NCBI GenBank assembly: GCA_963816185.1
Contig: CAWFJJ010000001.1
Coordinates: forward strand, 416,001-480,000
Source of the DNA: Thermoanaerobaculia bacterium
GTDB taxonomy: Bacteria > Acidobacteriota > Thermoanaerobaculia > UBA5066
DNA length: 64,000 bases
Direction of reading: 5' to 3'
Of the stretch, positions 53,689 to 64,000 are shown piece by piece. Position 1 is the stretch's first letter. Every line of letters begins with the position of its first letter. The notes under the pieces are model-generated. The model saw nothing but the letters and a program-made list of their open reading frames with translations, searched no databases and had not been told where the DNA came from. Both the position numbers and the translations under genes were made by a program.

Positions 53689-55272
53689 ATGATCCTCCGT
53701 CGCACCTCTCTCGCGGTCCTTCTTCTTCTCGCGACCAGCGCTTCGGGCACCGGCCTCGAGCGTTACAAGGACTGGAGCAAGTCCCCCGAGTACACCTGCC
53801 TTGCGACCAAAGACGAGCAGAAGGCCTGGAAAAAGGTCACCTCCGACGAGGAAGCCGACCACTTCGTCCAGCTCTTCTGGGCCAAGCGCGATCCGGACCT
53901 CAAGACGCCTGTCAACGAGTTCAAGGTCGTCTTCGACCAACGCGTCAGGGAGGCGGATCAGCTCTTCGCGATGCCGCGCATCCGCGGCGCCCTCACCGAG
54001 CGCGGGAAGTTTTACATCCTTGTCGGAAAGCCGAAGACGCTGTCGAGGCAGGCTGGTATCAAGCTGCAACCGAACGCCACGTTGCAGTTGACCGCCGACG
54101 CGAACTCGGGAACGGCCCCCGGGCAGATTCCGCCCCCGAACGATCCGGGCACGTCGATTGGCGAGAGCATCGTGACGTTCACGTACGAGGCCGAGCAACT
54201 TCCCGACTGGGCGTCCTGGAAGTCGTTCACGGCGCAGTTCGTCGTCGAGGCGTCGCGCGATTACGTTGGCGGCAAGAACGGCGGCGACGTGAACTCTTTG
54301 GAGGTCAAGGCGCGCACCGCGGCGATCAAGAATCCCGACCTCAAGGCGCCGCCCCACTACCGGACCGCCGCCGAGGTCGAGGCCGAGCGGAAGGAGGCCG
54401 AAGCGACCGCCGCTGAAGCACTGAAGGGCCCGACGCTGTCGGCGCCGGTGCGGCAGGCCCTCGAAGAAACGCTGTCCAAGGAGGACACGGGGGCGCTGAC
54501 CCTCTTCCCGATCACCCTGAGGGAGGGAGAGATCCAACTCCAGGTGCAGCTCTTCGTGCCGGCTCCCGCCGGGGCGCCATCCGACGCAAAGCTCGCGATC
54601 CTCGTCAAGAACAAGGCCGGTGGCGACGCCGCGCGCCTCGAGGAGGTCACGGGGTTCGACCCGACCCGTGGGGGATACCTCTCCAGCCGCTCCTTCGCCG
54701 TGCCGCCCGGCGATTACAGCGTCGCGGCCGGCGTCTTCGACGCGGCGGGAAAGGTCATGGCATCGGCGAAGCGCTCGATCGCGATCACGGCCGCGGGCAA
54801 GGACTTCTCGCTGTCTCCGCTGGTCGTCGCGGCAACTTTCTATCCCGCCCCGAAGGGCACGGCCGAACAGGCCTTCACCTGGAACGGCAACTGTTTCGTC
54901 ACGAAGGGCGAACGACTGGATCCCGAGGATGGACTCTCGTTCGTCGTGCGCGTCTACAACCCGGCGGTGGATCCCGCCTCGAAGACGGTCCGCCTGTCCC
55001 GCATCGTGAAGATCAAGGCCAAGGGCGCCCCCGCGATGGACGTCCCCCAGCCGAAGGACGATCCGATTCCCGTCCCGGACTCGAAGGATCCGACGGGCAT
55101 TCTCACGGTCGACGTGGCCGCAGTGCTCATCGACAACAATCTTGGCCAATACCTGAGGAGGGCCGGCGAGTACGATTTGAAAGTCTCGGTCACGGACGAG
55201 GTGTCGAAGAAGACGGCGGACACGAGCACGACGTTCACCGTGACGGGCGTCCTGCCGCCCAAGAAGAAGTAA
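53689..55272 (+). CDS. Exported GWxTD-domain protein (variant motif GALTERG)
   Basis: Signal peptide; FWAKRDPDLKTPVNEF...RV..AD..F...GALTERGKFYILVGKP; beta-rich C-terminal domains (PPGDY, GEYDL). Confidence 0.82.
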   Translation: MILRRTSLAVLLLLATSASGTGLERYKDWSKSPEYTCLATKDEQKAWKKVTSDEEADHFVQLFWAKRDPDLKTPVNEFKVVFDQRVREADQLFAMPRIRGALTERGKFYILVGKPKTLSRQAGIKLQPNATLQLTADANSGTAPGQIPPPNDPGTSIGESIVTFTYEAEQLPDWASWKSFTAQFVVEASRDYVGGKNGGDVNSLEVKARTAAIKNPDLKAPPHYRTAAEVEAERKEAEATAAEALKGPTLSAPVRQALEETLSKEDTGALTLFPITLREGEIQLQVQLFVPAPAGAPSDAKLAILVKNKAGGDAARLEEVTGFDPTRGGYLSSRSFAVPPGDYSVAAGVFDAAGKVMASAKRSIAITAAGKDFSLSPLVVAATFYPAPKGTAEQAFTWNGNCFVTKGERLDPEDGLSFVVRVYNPAVDPASKTVRLSRIVKIKAKGAPAMDVPQPKDDPIPVPDSKDPTGILTVDVAAVLIDNNLGQYLRRAGEYDLKVSVTDEVSKKTADTSTTFTVTGVLPPKKK

Positions 55273-55301
55273 GGGAGCACAGAGGTTCCCCGGGGATCAC
55301 C

Positions 55302-57473
55302 TCAGAATCGCGCGTCCTTCGGGAAGAGCCGGCGTCCCTCCTTCCGGAGCTGCTCTTCTCCCTTCGCGTCCTCGGTCGCGTGGAATGTACGCATGCCGAG
55401 GAGGAATGCCTCCGGCGTGGGCTGGCGCGTGACGAGCTGGATGACGACTCGGCGGGCGTCTTCGCGCCGGCCGACGGAAGCGTAGAGAGCGGACAGCGAG
55501 ACGCGCGCATCGAGGCGGTCGGGATAGAGCCGGATCTCTTCGAGGAACTCCTTCTCGGCCTGAACGGCGCGCCCCTGGCGCGCGAGGACGTCTCCCCGCA
55601 GCATGTGAAGACCCGACTGGACGAACGTGTCGTCGGCCGAGAGAGAAACCGCCGCGTCGGACCAGCGCTGCGCCTCGGCGAGATCGTTCTTCTGGACGGC
55701 GAGCCGTCCGAGGACGAGAGCGCCGCGAATCTTCACTTTCCCGGTGCCGCGATCGAAAGCGCTCCGCGCCGCGGCCTGCGCCGTCGCATAGTCTCCCCGG
55801 CCGAGCGCCGCCCGCGCCACGATGTCTTCGGCCCCGGGGTCGCCAAGCGCCCTGAGAGCGTCGCCGTGGCGCGCCGCCTCGTCCCACTTTCCGAGCTGCA
55901 GGCACAGGTTCGCGACCTCGGTCACGTACGGTCCGCGCGCCGCCTCCGGGGCGAGGTCGACCGTCTTCTTGAGAGCCGCGAGCGCCTCCTCGGGGTGCCC
56001 CAGCTCGAGGAGGACCTTCGAGTCCATGTCCCACACGTCGAGCATCCGCGGGTTCTCCTTGAGGAGCTTTTCGAAGATCTCGTGGGCCCGCGCCGCGTTC
56101 CCCGTCGAGAGGTCGCCGAGCCCCGTGCGAAGCTCCTCGAAGGTCTTGATACGGTCCTTCGGGTCGTCGAGCGATCCTCCGGTCGCGGAGGACGGGCCCG
56201 CGCTCAGATAGCCGAGCGACGCGAGCTGCTTGCGGGCCTCGGGATCGAGATCGCCCGCGGACTCGAAGGCGGGTCGCCTCTTTTCCATCTCGGCCTTCAT
56301 GGCGCGCAGCGCATCGGGCTTTTCGGCGAGTCGGTTCACCGTCTCGCCCCGGTCGGCCGTGACGTCGTAGATCTCCGGTTTCGGCGCGTCGATGTAATGC
56401 CACCGGCCGTCGAAGAGCGACGACAGCTCGCTCCAGCCAAAGTGAATTCGCGGAAAGAACGTCTCGGAGAGGATGCGCCGCGGCGGGCCGCCCTGCGCGG
56501 GGTCGAGGAGCGAGACCGTGCCCGGCGGCGGGGTGAACCCCTCGAGGCCCGCGGCCTCGCCGACGGTCGTGAAGACGTCGACGAGCGCGGCGGGCGCCGC
56601 GACGGAGGTTCCGGCCCTCCGGCCGCCCGGAAGCTTGACGAGAAGCGGAACCTGAAGCGTCTCGCGGTACAGGAACATCCCGTGCTCGGACTCGCCGTGG
56701 TCCCCGAGCCCTTCTCCGTGGTCGGAGAGAAAGATGACGAGCGAAGGGTCGTAGAGGCCGCGCTCCTTCAGGAAGGCGAGGAACCGTCCGACGATCGAGT
56801 CGGCGGTCGCGATCTCGCCGTCGTAGGGAAGGGACGCATATCGGCTCTTGAAGGGCTCCGGCGGCTCGTACGGCGTGTGCGGCTCGTAGAGATGGAGGAA
56901 CGCGAAGATCTTCCTTCCGGGAGGAATCGATTTCAGCCAGGCCTCGAGCCGGGCCTCGGTGTCCGCGCCCGCGCGCTGGACGCGTCCGAGCGCGACCTTG
57001 CCTTCCGCGGGCTCGACCGCGTCGTCGTAGAAGTCGAAGCCGCGGGAGATTCCGGAATCGCCCTTGAGGACGAAGCACGAGACGGCCCCGCCCGTCGCAT
57101 ATCCACCCTTCTTCAGGAGCTCGGCGAGCGTCGGGACGTCCTTCTTCAGGTGGTAGCCGAGGTTGTCGTGGATGCCGTGCGCGGCCGGCTCGCGCCCCGT
57201 GAAGATCGACGCGTGCGACGGGAGAGTCAGGGGGACGTGGGACCACGCGCTCTCGAAGAGAAGCGCATCCTTCCGGAATTCGGTGAGAGCCGGGGTCTCG
57301 ACGCCGTGATAGCCGTAGAACGGCAGGTGGTCCGACCGCAGCGTGTCGACGCTGATGAGGATCACGCCCGCGCCGGGAAAGGTCTCGGAAGGCGCTCTTC
57401 GGCGGCAGCCGGCGCACAGAAACGGGAGCGCTGCGGCGGCGGCGATCGCGATCGCGATGCGGAGACGGTTCAT
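55302..57473 (-). CDS. Lipoprotein sulfatase-like hydrolase with C-terminal TPR repeats
   Basis: Lipobox-like CAGC; SVDTLRSDH, PLTLPSHASIFTG, HLYEPHTPY, SDHGE and LASLGY motifs, then TPRs. Confidence 0.88.
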   Translation of the reverse strand: MNRLRIAIAIAAAAALPFLCAGCRRRAPSETFPGAGVILISVDTLRSDHLPFYGYHGVETPALTEFRKDALLFESAWSHVPLTLPSHASIFTGREPAAHGIHDNLGYHLKKDVPTLAELLKKGGYATGGAVSCFVLKGDSGISRGFDFYDDAVEPAEGKVALGRVQRAGADTEARLEAWLKSIPPGRKIFAFLHLYEPHTPYEPPEPFKSRYASLPYDGEIATADSIVGRFLAFLKERGLYDPSLVIFLSDHGEGLGDHGESEHGMFLYRETLQVPLLVKLPGGRRAGTSVAAPAALVDVFTTVGEAAGLEGFTPPPGTVSLLDPAQGGPPRRILSETFFPRIHFGWSELSSLFDGRWHYIDAPKPEIYDVTADRGETVNRLAEKPDALRAMKAEMEKRRPAFESAGDLDPEARKQLASLGYLSAGPSSATGGSLDDPKDRIKTFEELRTGLGDLSTGNAARAHEIFEKLLKENPRMLDVWDMDSKVLLELGHPEEALAALKKTVDLAPEAARGPYVTEVANLCLQLGKWDEAARHGDALRALGDPGAEDIVARAALGRGDYATAQAAARSAFDRGTGKVKIRGALVLGRLAVQKNDLAEAQRWSDAAVSLSADDTFVQSGLHMLRGDVLARQGRAVQAEKEFLEEIRLYPDRLDARVSLSALYASVGRREDARRVVIQLVTRQPTPEAFLLGMRTFHATEDAKGEEQLRKEGRRLFPKDARF

Positions 57474-57497
57474 CCGGCGAGTATCTCCCAGCGTCTC

Positions 57498-57528
57498 GAA
57501 AAAAAGAGCCGGGCTTAAAGCCCGGCTC
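57498..57528 (-). terminator. Intrinsic terminator after the TonB-dependent receptor
   Basis: Minus strand: GAGCCGGGC-TTTAA-GCCCGGCTC followed by a T-tract. Confidence 0.85.
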
Positions 57529-57564
57529 CCGATCCGCCGCGAGGCGGAGAAAGAAGGCGAATCC

Positions 57565-60500
57565 CTAGAAGCGGAGGCCCATCGAGAGCGTGAACGTGCG
57601 GGGGAGCTGGTAATCCGCGTTGCTCCTCGCCTTGCCGAACGTTTGGGCCAGTGTCCCAATTCGCGGTCGTGACCGTCAAGTCGCCGTGCGGGCGCTGAAC
57701 GGGCGTCGTCGTGAATGGGTTGAAGGCCGCGAACGTGTTCGGGGCCTGCTTGCCGGTGGTTGGGTCCAGGAACGTGCCGGGGGAGACCGCCGTGTTGACC
57801 GACGTGTCCACGGCGACGAGGCCCCGCCGGTTGAAGACGTTCAGGACCTGCGGCTGGATGAAGATCTCCACGAGGCCGCCGATCTTGATCTGGTAGTTGA
57901 GCGAAAGGTCCGTGCGGCTGATGTTGTCCGTCCGGAAGGCGTCACGCGGCGTGTAGTAATAGTTGGATGTCGCCGGTCGCGTGGCGTAGCCCGGGTTCGT
58001 CACGAAGCTGGACGAGCGGACCGTTCCGAGAGCGCCGTACGGGGCCCCTGTGTCGTAGGACTGGATCAGACCGACCGAGACGTTGCCCATGCTCCGCGGG
58101 ATGAACCCGAGGTCGGCGAACCCCAGGACGCGGATCCGGTGGCGTTGATCCGTCTGCATCGAGCCGTACGGCGGCGTTCCACGAGGCCTGCTTGTACTCC
58201 GGATACGTGTCCAGGGTGTTCGTCAGCGGGCCGCTCGTCGAGTTCTCGCCGTCGAAATTTCCGAGCGTGTGTGACCACGTCCAGTTCGCGCCCAACGTGA
58301 GCCAGTTATACCGATACTGGAACTGCGTCTGGAGACCGGTGTAGTTGCGCTGGACGTCGTTCGTGTTGCCGATGACGCCGAGGTCGTAGGCCTTGCCCGT
58401 GACGTCGTGGACTTCCCCGGTCTGAGGTGTTGATGACGAGGTTGTAGAAATCGTGGAAGTCGCGACGGACGAAGTCCGCGCGGTACGCGAACGACGAGCC
58501 CTTGTTCAGGCCGAGCGAGCCGTTCACGCCGAACGTGTATTCCCGTGCGTACGGCGACTTGAGCGTCTGCGTGATCACGCGATTGAGGCCGGGAATGCTG
58601 GCGTAAGCGAGAGGCAGCGTGCAGGTCGACAGGTCCGGGCACCCCTGCGCGAAGAACCAGTTGAAGACCTGCTGGAGGGCCTGGGCGCGGGTTTCGAGGG
58701 CCGTCCCGGCGGGCGGGAGCTTGCAGCCCGTTCCGCTCGGAATGCAGTTGATCGGATCGGCGCCCGCCCCCGTGTAGTACCAGTAGAACGTCGCAGGCTG
58801 GCCGCCGCTCGAGGAGCTGTCCTGAATGGCGTCCTGGAGGCCGCCGACGTAGTGCGCGTAGCTCGCTCCCACCCGGACGTTCCCCTTGCCGGTCACGTCG
58901 AAGTTCGCCGCGAGGCGCGGGCTGAACGCGGAGTCGTTCGCGGTCTTGACGCCGTTGCTGTTCGTGGCGTCGTTCTTGTCGTATCGCACGCCGAGGTTGA
59001 GCGAGAGGCGGTCGTTGAGCCGCCAGGAGTCGTTTATGAACGCCGAATTCGTCAGCGTGTTCGTTCCGTTCGTGAGGTTGTAGATCGGCGTGTAGTAGAC
59101 GAAGGAGTTCGCTCCGATGACCGGGAAGATGTCGCCGCCCTGGACGATCACGTTCGTCGTGAACAGGCGGTAGTCGCTGCCGGACTGGTGGTTGTTCGCC
59201 GAGCGCTGGCCCGCGAAGTTGTCGTACCCGAGGACGATGCTGTGCGCGCCGAGGGCGCCGGTGGACAGGAAATACGTGCCCTTGACGAGGTAGTCGCGGT
59301 TGTCGCGTTTCTCGGGGCCGCAGACGCCGCAGAACGTGGGCGCGTTGTACCGGGGACTGCCGGACAGCGCCCGGTCGCGCATGAGCGTGCCCTTGATGAG
59401 GTCGGTGTACAGCGAGCCGGCGTTCTCGAACGTGAAGTGCCGGTTCGAGTAGAGGCCCTCCACGAAGAGCTCCGAGCTGAGGACGCCGTTGTAGTTCAGG
59501 GTGAGGGTGTCCTGCGGGAGCGTGCGGTTCACGAAGCTCGCCGCGTCGAGGACGTGCTGCGGGTCGGGGAAGACGTTGTTCGTCTGGGCTTCGTCGATCT
59601 TCAGGTACGCCCCCGAGAGCGTGTGGTTCGCGAAGGGCGTCAGCGTGAGCTTGCCCTGATAGCGCTTCTCGTCGTCGCCCTGCGAGAACGGGATGGCCGT
59701 GACCGCGGTGACTTGCCCGGTACTCGTGTTGGCTTTTCGGAAGGCGCCGAAGAACCAGACGCGGTCCTTCCAGATCGGCCCGCCGAGCGTCGCCTCGTAC
59801 CGCTCGAGGAGGTCCTGATTGCGCGTCTCGCCCGAAGGCGTGATCGCGGACCACGCATCGTTCGTGAACGAGGTGCGAAACGAGCCCGAGAACGCGTTGC
59901 CGCCGGTCTTCGTGACGGTGTTGATGACGCCGCCCTGGAAGCGGCCGTACTCGGCCGAGACGCTGTTCACCGAGGTCTGGGACTCCTGGATCGCGTCTTC
60001 GATGTAGAGGTTGAGCGGGTTCGCGCGGATGTTGTCCGTGATGACGGCGCCGTCCACGGTGTAGAGGTTGTCGAACGTCGGCGCGCCGGAGACCGTGACG
60101 GGGGGATTGGCCGCGTTTAAGCTCGTAACCGTGTTGAGACCCGAGGAGAGGGCCGCCTCCTGGGCGATCGTGCGGGCGAACGGGAGCTTGTTCGCGAGGT
60201 CGCTCGTGATCGTCGTGGAAGCCTGCGTCGTCGTGGAGACGATCTCGGCTTTCGCAGAGACGACCGCGGTCGCCGCGATCTCGTTCAGCGAGAGCGTCGC
60301 GTTCACGGTATTCCGCTGGCCGACCGAGAGCGGGAGCTCCTTCGTCACGGTCTTGAAGCCCTGCAGGGCGAACGTGACGGTGTAGTTGCCGGGCGGAATG
60401 CCGACGAAGGTGTAGTCGCCGTTCGCGGAGGTGACCGCCGTTCGCGTGCCCTGGAGAGACGGCGACGCGAGCGTCACGGTGACCCCGGGCAGGCCGGCGC

Positions 60501-60621
60501 CTTCGTTATCGACCTTTCCCGAGACGGCTGTGGTCGTGAGGCTTTGCCCGACGAGCGTCGTCGCGCCGACCGCGGCTGCGACGAACAGGACGAGGAACCC
60601 GAAGAATCGGAGCTTTCTCAT
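57565..60621 (-). CDS. Oar-like TonB-dependent outer-membrane receptor with N-terminal carboxypeptidase-regulatory-like domain; 3 apparent frameshifts
   Basis: Signal peptide; LPGVTVT, SAEYGRFQGGVIN, LGGPIWKDR and LNLGVRYD motifs; C-terminus DYQLPRTFTLSMGLRF*. The frame changes near 58425, 58173 and 57643. Confidence 0.85.
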
Positions 60622-60771
60622 GCGTTTTCCTTCCTCCCTTTGTTGACGGAATCGGAAGAATCGAGGTGGCTTCGACCCCGAGATTTGGCTTGCGATTGCA
60701 GACGCGCTACTCCGGCAGCACCCCAAAAAAGCCTGTCTGTACTTCTAAAGAGCCCGACTGTCGCGAACTCT

Positions 60772-60787
60772 AGCACTTGCCGTGCCG
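60772..60787 (-). promoter_or_regulatory. Candidate sigma-54 promoter for the TonB receptor
   Basis: CGGCACGGCAAGTGCT has GG-N10-GC spacing and differs from TGGCACG-N4-TTGCW at 2 positions. Confidence 0.35.
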
Positions 60788-61021
60788 CTGACATCATCCC
60801 GCTCCCCAGCCGGATCACATCGCCCACGAACGGTTTGAGCCCAGCAGGTCGATGACTTCTCTTACCCTCGAACGGAATTCGGGATCGGCATTCGGGTGTT
60901 TGGATTGGAGCCCGTTGACGGTCGAACGCCCTCGCCTCAGGGTGCCATGGGGTATATTCGCGAGGTCTCGGAAACCGAGGGACGGGACCGCATCCTGCGC
61001 CCGCAAGCCGGAGAGTCACCA

Positions 61022-62633
61022 ATGAAACGCACGATTCCTTCCTCTCTCTCTCTGCTCCTGCTCTCCGTCGCCGCGGCCTTCCCGTCGCTCGCGGCCCTCG
61101 ACAAGTACAAGAGCTGGGAGAAGTCGCCGGAGTACGCGTATCTCGCGACGGACGACGAAAAAAAGGAATGGGGGAAGATCGCTTCGGACCAGGATGCCGA
61201 GAAGTTCATCGCGCTCTTCTGGGCGCGGCGGGACCCCGATCTGAAGACGCCGCAGAACGAGTTCCGCGACCGTTTCGAGGCGCTCGTCAAGAAGGCGGAC
61301 GATACTGTTCCGCTCGGGAGGAGGCGCGGCGCGCTCACCGAGCGCGGCAAGGCTCTACATCCTCATCGGCCCGCCGAAGGCGATCGCGAACGGGGCCGAA
61401 TCGTCCTCGTCGAACGCCCCCGAGCGGCCCGGCGCCGGGCCCGGGCGCGGCCCCCGGCACCACGGGAATGATGGAGACCGGCGGCTCGACGGCCTTCTCG
61501 ACGCGACTTCACTACGAAAAGCCTCAGCTCCCTCCCTGGGCGGACGTCCAGACGCTCGACGTGAAGTTCCAGGTGGATCCAGGCATGGGCATCGAGCGCT
61601 TCGTCGACGGCACGAGCCCCGCGAAAAGGCTCGAGAAGAAGGCAGTGGAGATCGCGCTCGTGAATCCGCAGCTCAAGGAGCTGCCGGTCTACAAGACGAA
61701 AGAGCAGGTCGCCGCCGAGCAGAAAGCGGCCGCCGAGAAGGCCGCCGAGGAGGCCAAGGGGCCTGTGCTGTCGGAAGGGGCGCGGGCAACGCTCGAAGGC
61801 CTCGCGAAAGAGCCTTTCGGAGCGCTCGCGCTGGAGCCCGTCTTATTTCGCGACGGCGCGGCGCGCCTCATGGTCCAGCTCTTCGCTCCCGGGTCGGCGG
61901 TCGGGACGGGCGAAGGGACGAAGCTCCTCGTTCTCGCGAAGGGCAAGGACGGCAAGGACGCGATCCGCCTCGAAGAGGCCGCGGCGCTCCAGAAGACGAA
62001 GGCCGACTTCTTCGTCGACCGTTCGTTCCGGATCGTGCCGGGCGACTACGACGTCGCCGCCGCGCTCGTGGACGCGACGGGCAAGGTGCTCGCGTCGGGG
62101 CGGCGGCCCGTCAACGTCCCGTCGCTCCCCTCGGACTTCGCGGCTTCGCCGCTCCTCGTGGCCATCAACGACTTTCCGGTCGACGCCCCGAAGCCCGACG
62201 AGCCGTTCACGTTCTCGGCGCGCCGCTTCGTCGTCAAGGGCGACGGCCGGGTCGGCGCGACGGACGGTCTCTCGTACGCCGTGCGCCTCTACAACCCGCC
62301 GGTCGATCCGGTCACGCGGACGATCACGCTCAAGCGGACCTTGAAGATCAAGCCCAAAGGGCAGCCGGCGATCGAAGTCCCGACGCCACCCGAAGAGCCC
62401 GCGAAGGTCCCCGATCAGAAGGAGCCCGGTGCGGTCGTGCTCGACATCGCGGGAGGCGTCGTGGAGTCGAACCTCGGGCAGTACTTCCGGCCGGGCGATT
62501 ACGAGCTCAGGCTCACGCTGACGGATACCGCGACCCAGAAGAAGCTCGACCTCGTGGCTCCTTTCACGGTCACGGGCACGCTGCCGGCCCCTCCGGCTCC
62601 GCCGCCGCGCACGCGCCGAAGAAAAAGGGCTGA
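61022..62633 (+). CDS. Second exported GWxTD-domain protein (paralog of 53689..55272); apparent frameshifts
   Basis: LDKYKSWEKSPEYAYLAT, FWARRDPDLKTPQNEF and GALTERGK. The frame changes near 61352, 61440 and 62600. Probable end is PKKKG* (the paralog ends PKKK*). Confidence 0.8.
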
Positions 62634-62636
62634 AGC

Positions 62637-64000
62637 CTATCGAGGGGCCTCACGGTTCAACGCCTTGCTGCGGTTCCGGTATGCGACCGCCCGTTTCTTT
62701 TCGCCGAGTGAATCGAGGGTGCTCGCGGCCAGGAGGTAGCTTCTCGGCGAGGGATTCGCGCGGACCATTTCGTTCAGCTCTTTGTCGAGACCCGGCAGAT
62801 CTCTCTTCATGAAACGAATCACCGCCAGGCTCGCGTACGGCTCCGCATGCGCGGGAAATGCCGCGATCTCCTCCCGAAAGGCCGCTTCCGCGTCCTCCAG
62901 CCTATCCATGCGGGCCAGAGCATCGCCTCGAAGGAACTCGAGGTTATAGATCGCCCCGAGCCGCTTCTCCCGGGCGGCCTCCTGAGCCTGCCCGATGACC
63001 TGAAGCGCTTCGGCAGGCTTCCCTGCGCGCAACTTGACCTCGGCCAGGACCAGGATCGCGGAGGGCTGAGGATTGCGCGACGCCGCCGCGGCCCGCGCCT
63101 CTCTCTCGGCGGCAGCAAGGTCACCGCGCGCCAGCGCGATGCCCGCGAGGAGCTCGCGAGCCTTGGAGGGAACCGTGGCCAGCGAGGCCCTTGCGAGGCG
63201 CTCGGCCTCGTCGAAACGCCGTCGCCGGAGCTCCACAGACCCGAGCGCCAAGGAGATGTCGGGGAAGAACAAAGGCGAACGATCGAGAGCCTGACGGTAC
63301 GCGGCCGCGGCTTCCTCGTCGAGATCGGATTCCGCCAGGAGCTCGCCGAGCTTGACCCAGGCATCGAACATCTCCGGGTTCTCCCGCACGCTCGAGCGCA
63401 GCACTTCGATCGCCTGGGGGACCCGTCCTTGCATTTCGAGATGCCACGCCTCCTCCATCCGCCGCAGAGCCGGGAGATTGTCGGCGGGGTTCGGCAGGTC
63501 CGCGGTCTCGCCGCCGTCGCGCAGGGTTCCGAGGTATCCCAACGACGAAAGGCGTCGCCTGGTCTCCTCGTCTACAGACGCCGGTTTTGCGCTCCCTTTC
63601 GGGAAGCGGGACAATTCCCTCGCGAGACGAGAAACGGTGGCCGGATCACTCTTGGCCAGGTCGTGCTGCTCGCGAGGATCCACGACCATGTCGTACAGCT
63701 CGGGACGAGGCCCGTGAATGTAGTGGTACCTGGAGTCCAGGATGCTGCGAAGATCGCTCCACCCCAGCTGGAGACGCGGGAAGAGCGTCTCGCCGTAGAT
63801 CACGCGGCCTGCCGCTGCCGTCGCGCCGGCCGCGAAGAGCGACGTCCCGCTCACCTCCTTGGGCGTCGGAAGACCGAGCGCCGCCGTGACGGTCGGAAAG
63901 ATGTCCGAGAGCTGGACGGGAGCCGCCACGCGTGTCCCTGCCCCGGAGTTGGCTGGGAGCTTGACCAGGAGCGGCACCCGAATCGCCTCGCGATACAGGA
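62637..64000 (-). CDS. Second sulfatase-like hydrolase with TPR repeats (5' part outside the window)
   Basis: LYREAIRVPLLVKLP, ETLFPRLQLGWS, PELYD and LSSLGY motifs, then TPRs. Clear paralog of 55302..57473. Confidence 0.85.
   Translation of the reverse strand, partial: LYREAIRVPLLVKLPANSGAGTRVAAPVQLSDIFPTVTAALGLPTPKEVSGTSLFAAGATAAAGRVIYGETLFPRLQLGWSDLRSILDSRYHYIHGPRPELYDMVVDPREQHDLAKSDPATVSRLARELSRFPKGSAKPASVDEETRRRLSSLGYLGTLRDGGETADLPNPADNLPALRRMEEAWHLEMQGRVPQAIEVLRSSVRENPEMFDAWVKLGELLAESDLDEEAAAAYRQALDRSPLFFPDISLALGSVELRRRRFDEAERLARASLATVPSKARELLAGIALARGDLAAAEREARAAAASRNPQPSAILVLAEVKLRAGKPAEALQVIGQAQEAAREKRLGAIYNLEFLRGDALARMDRLEDAEAAFREEIAAFPAHAEPYASLAVIRFMKRDLPGLDKELNEMVRANPSPRSYLLAASTLDSLGEKKRAVAYRNRSKALNREAPR

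Noticed and set aside
60622-60790. Cobalamin or TPP riboswitch before the TonB-dependent receptor
   Set aside because: No recognisable B12-box or TPP core by eye, and the T-tract lacks a convincing preceding stem. An Rfam scan would settle it.
57640-62633. Programmed frameshifting or phase variation in the TonB/GWxTD genes
   Set aside because: The sites lack slippery heptamers or long homopolymers, and three per gene is implausible for recoding.

Overview
A GC-rich bacterial chromosome segment. The 16S 3' end (GGTAGCTGTAGGAGAACCTG), the GWxTD proteins, the Oar-like TonB receptor and the split atpZIBE cluster suggest Acidobacteriota, probably Thermoanaerobaculia-like; this is an inference, not a database result. 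Most of the window is housekeeping: T2SS-type pseudopilins, an M16 peptidase-dut-MBL-purS-purQ run, an APC permease with pxpBCA, purL, thioredoxin-fold genes, heptose/LPS core genes (gmhB, hldE, gmhA, waaF, glycosyltransferases), a uracil-DNA glycosylase, purF/purM/purN, a complete rrn operon (16S-tRNA-Ile-tRNA-Ala-23S-5S), gmd, a MidA-type methyltransferase, an 11-gene nuo cluster lacking nuoEFG that runs into atpZ-atpI-atpB-atpE, an ECF sigma/anti-sigma pair and argS. Accessory or unexplained features: (i) a duplicated GWxTD -> <- sulfatase-TPR module around a TonB-dependent receptor; (ii) a dispersed AT-rich motif, TTTCTT(A/C)GAA(G/A/T)G, mostly in convergent pairs, both between and inside genes; (iii) a nucleotidyltransferase cassette flanked by a 17-bp duplication of the purL promoter/start; (iv) a shrunken vapBC pair; (v) an IS110 remnant with a strongly structured non-coding end; (vi) signs of widespread leaderless transcription. 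Six indels cluster at 57.6-62.6 kb and may be sequencing errors. Start codons, rRNA ends and family assignments come from reading the sequence by eye.
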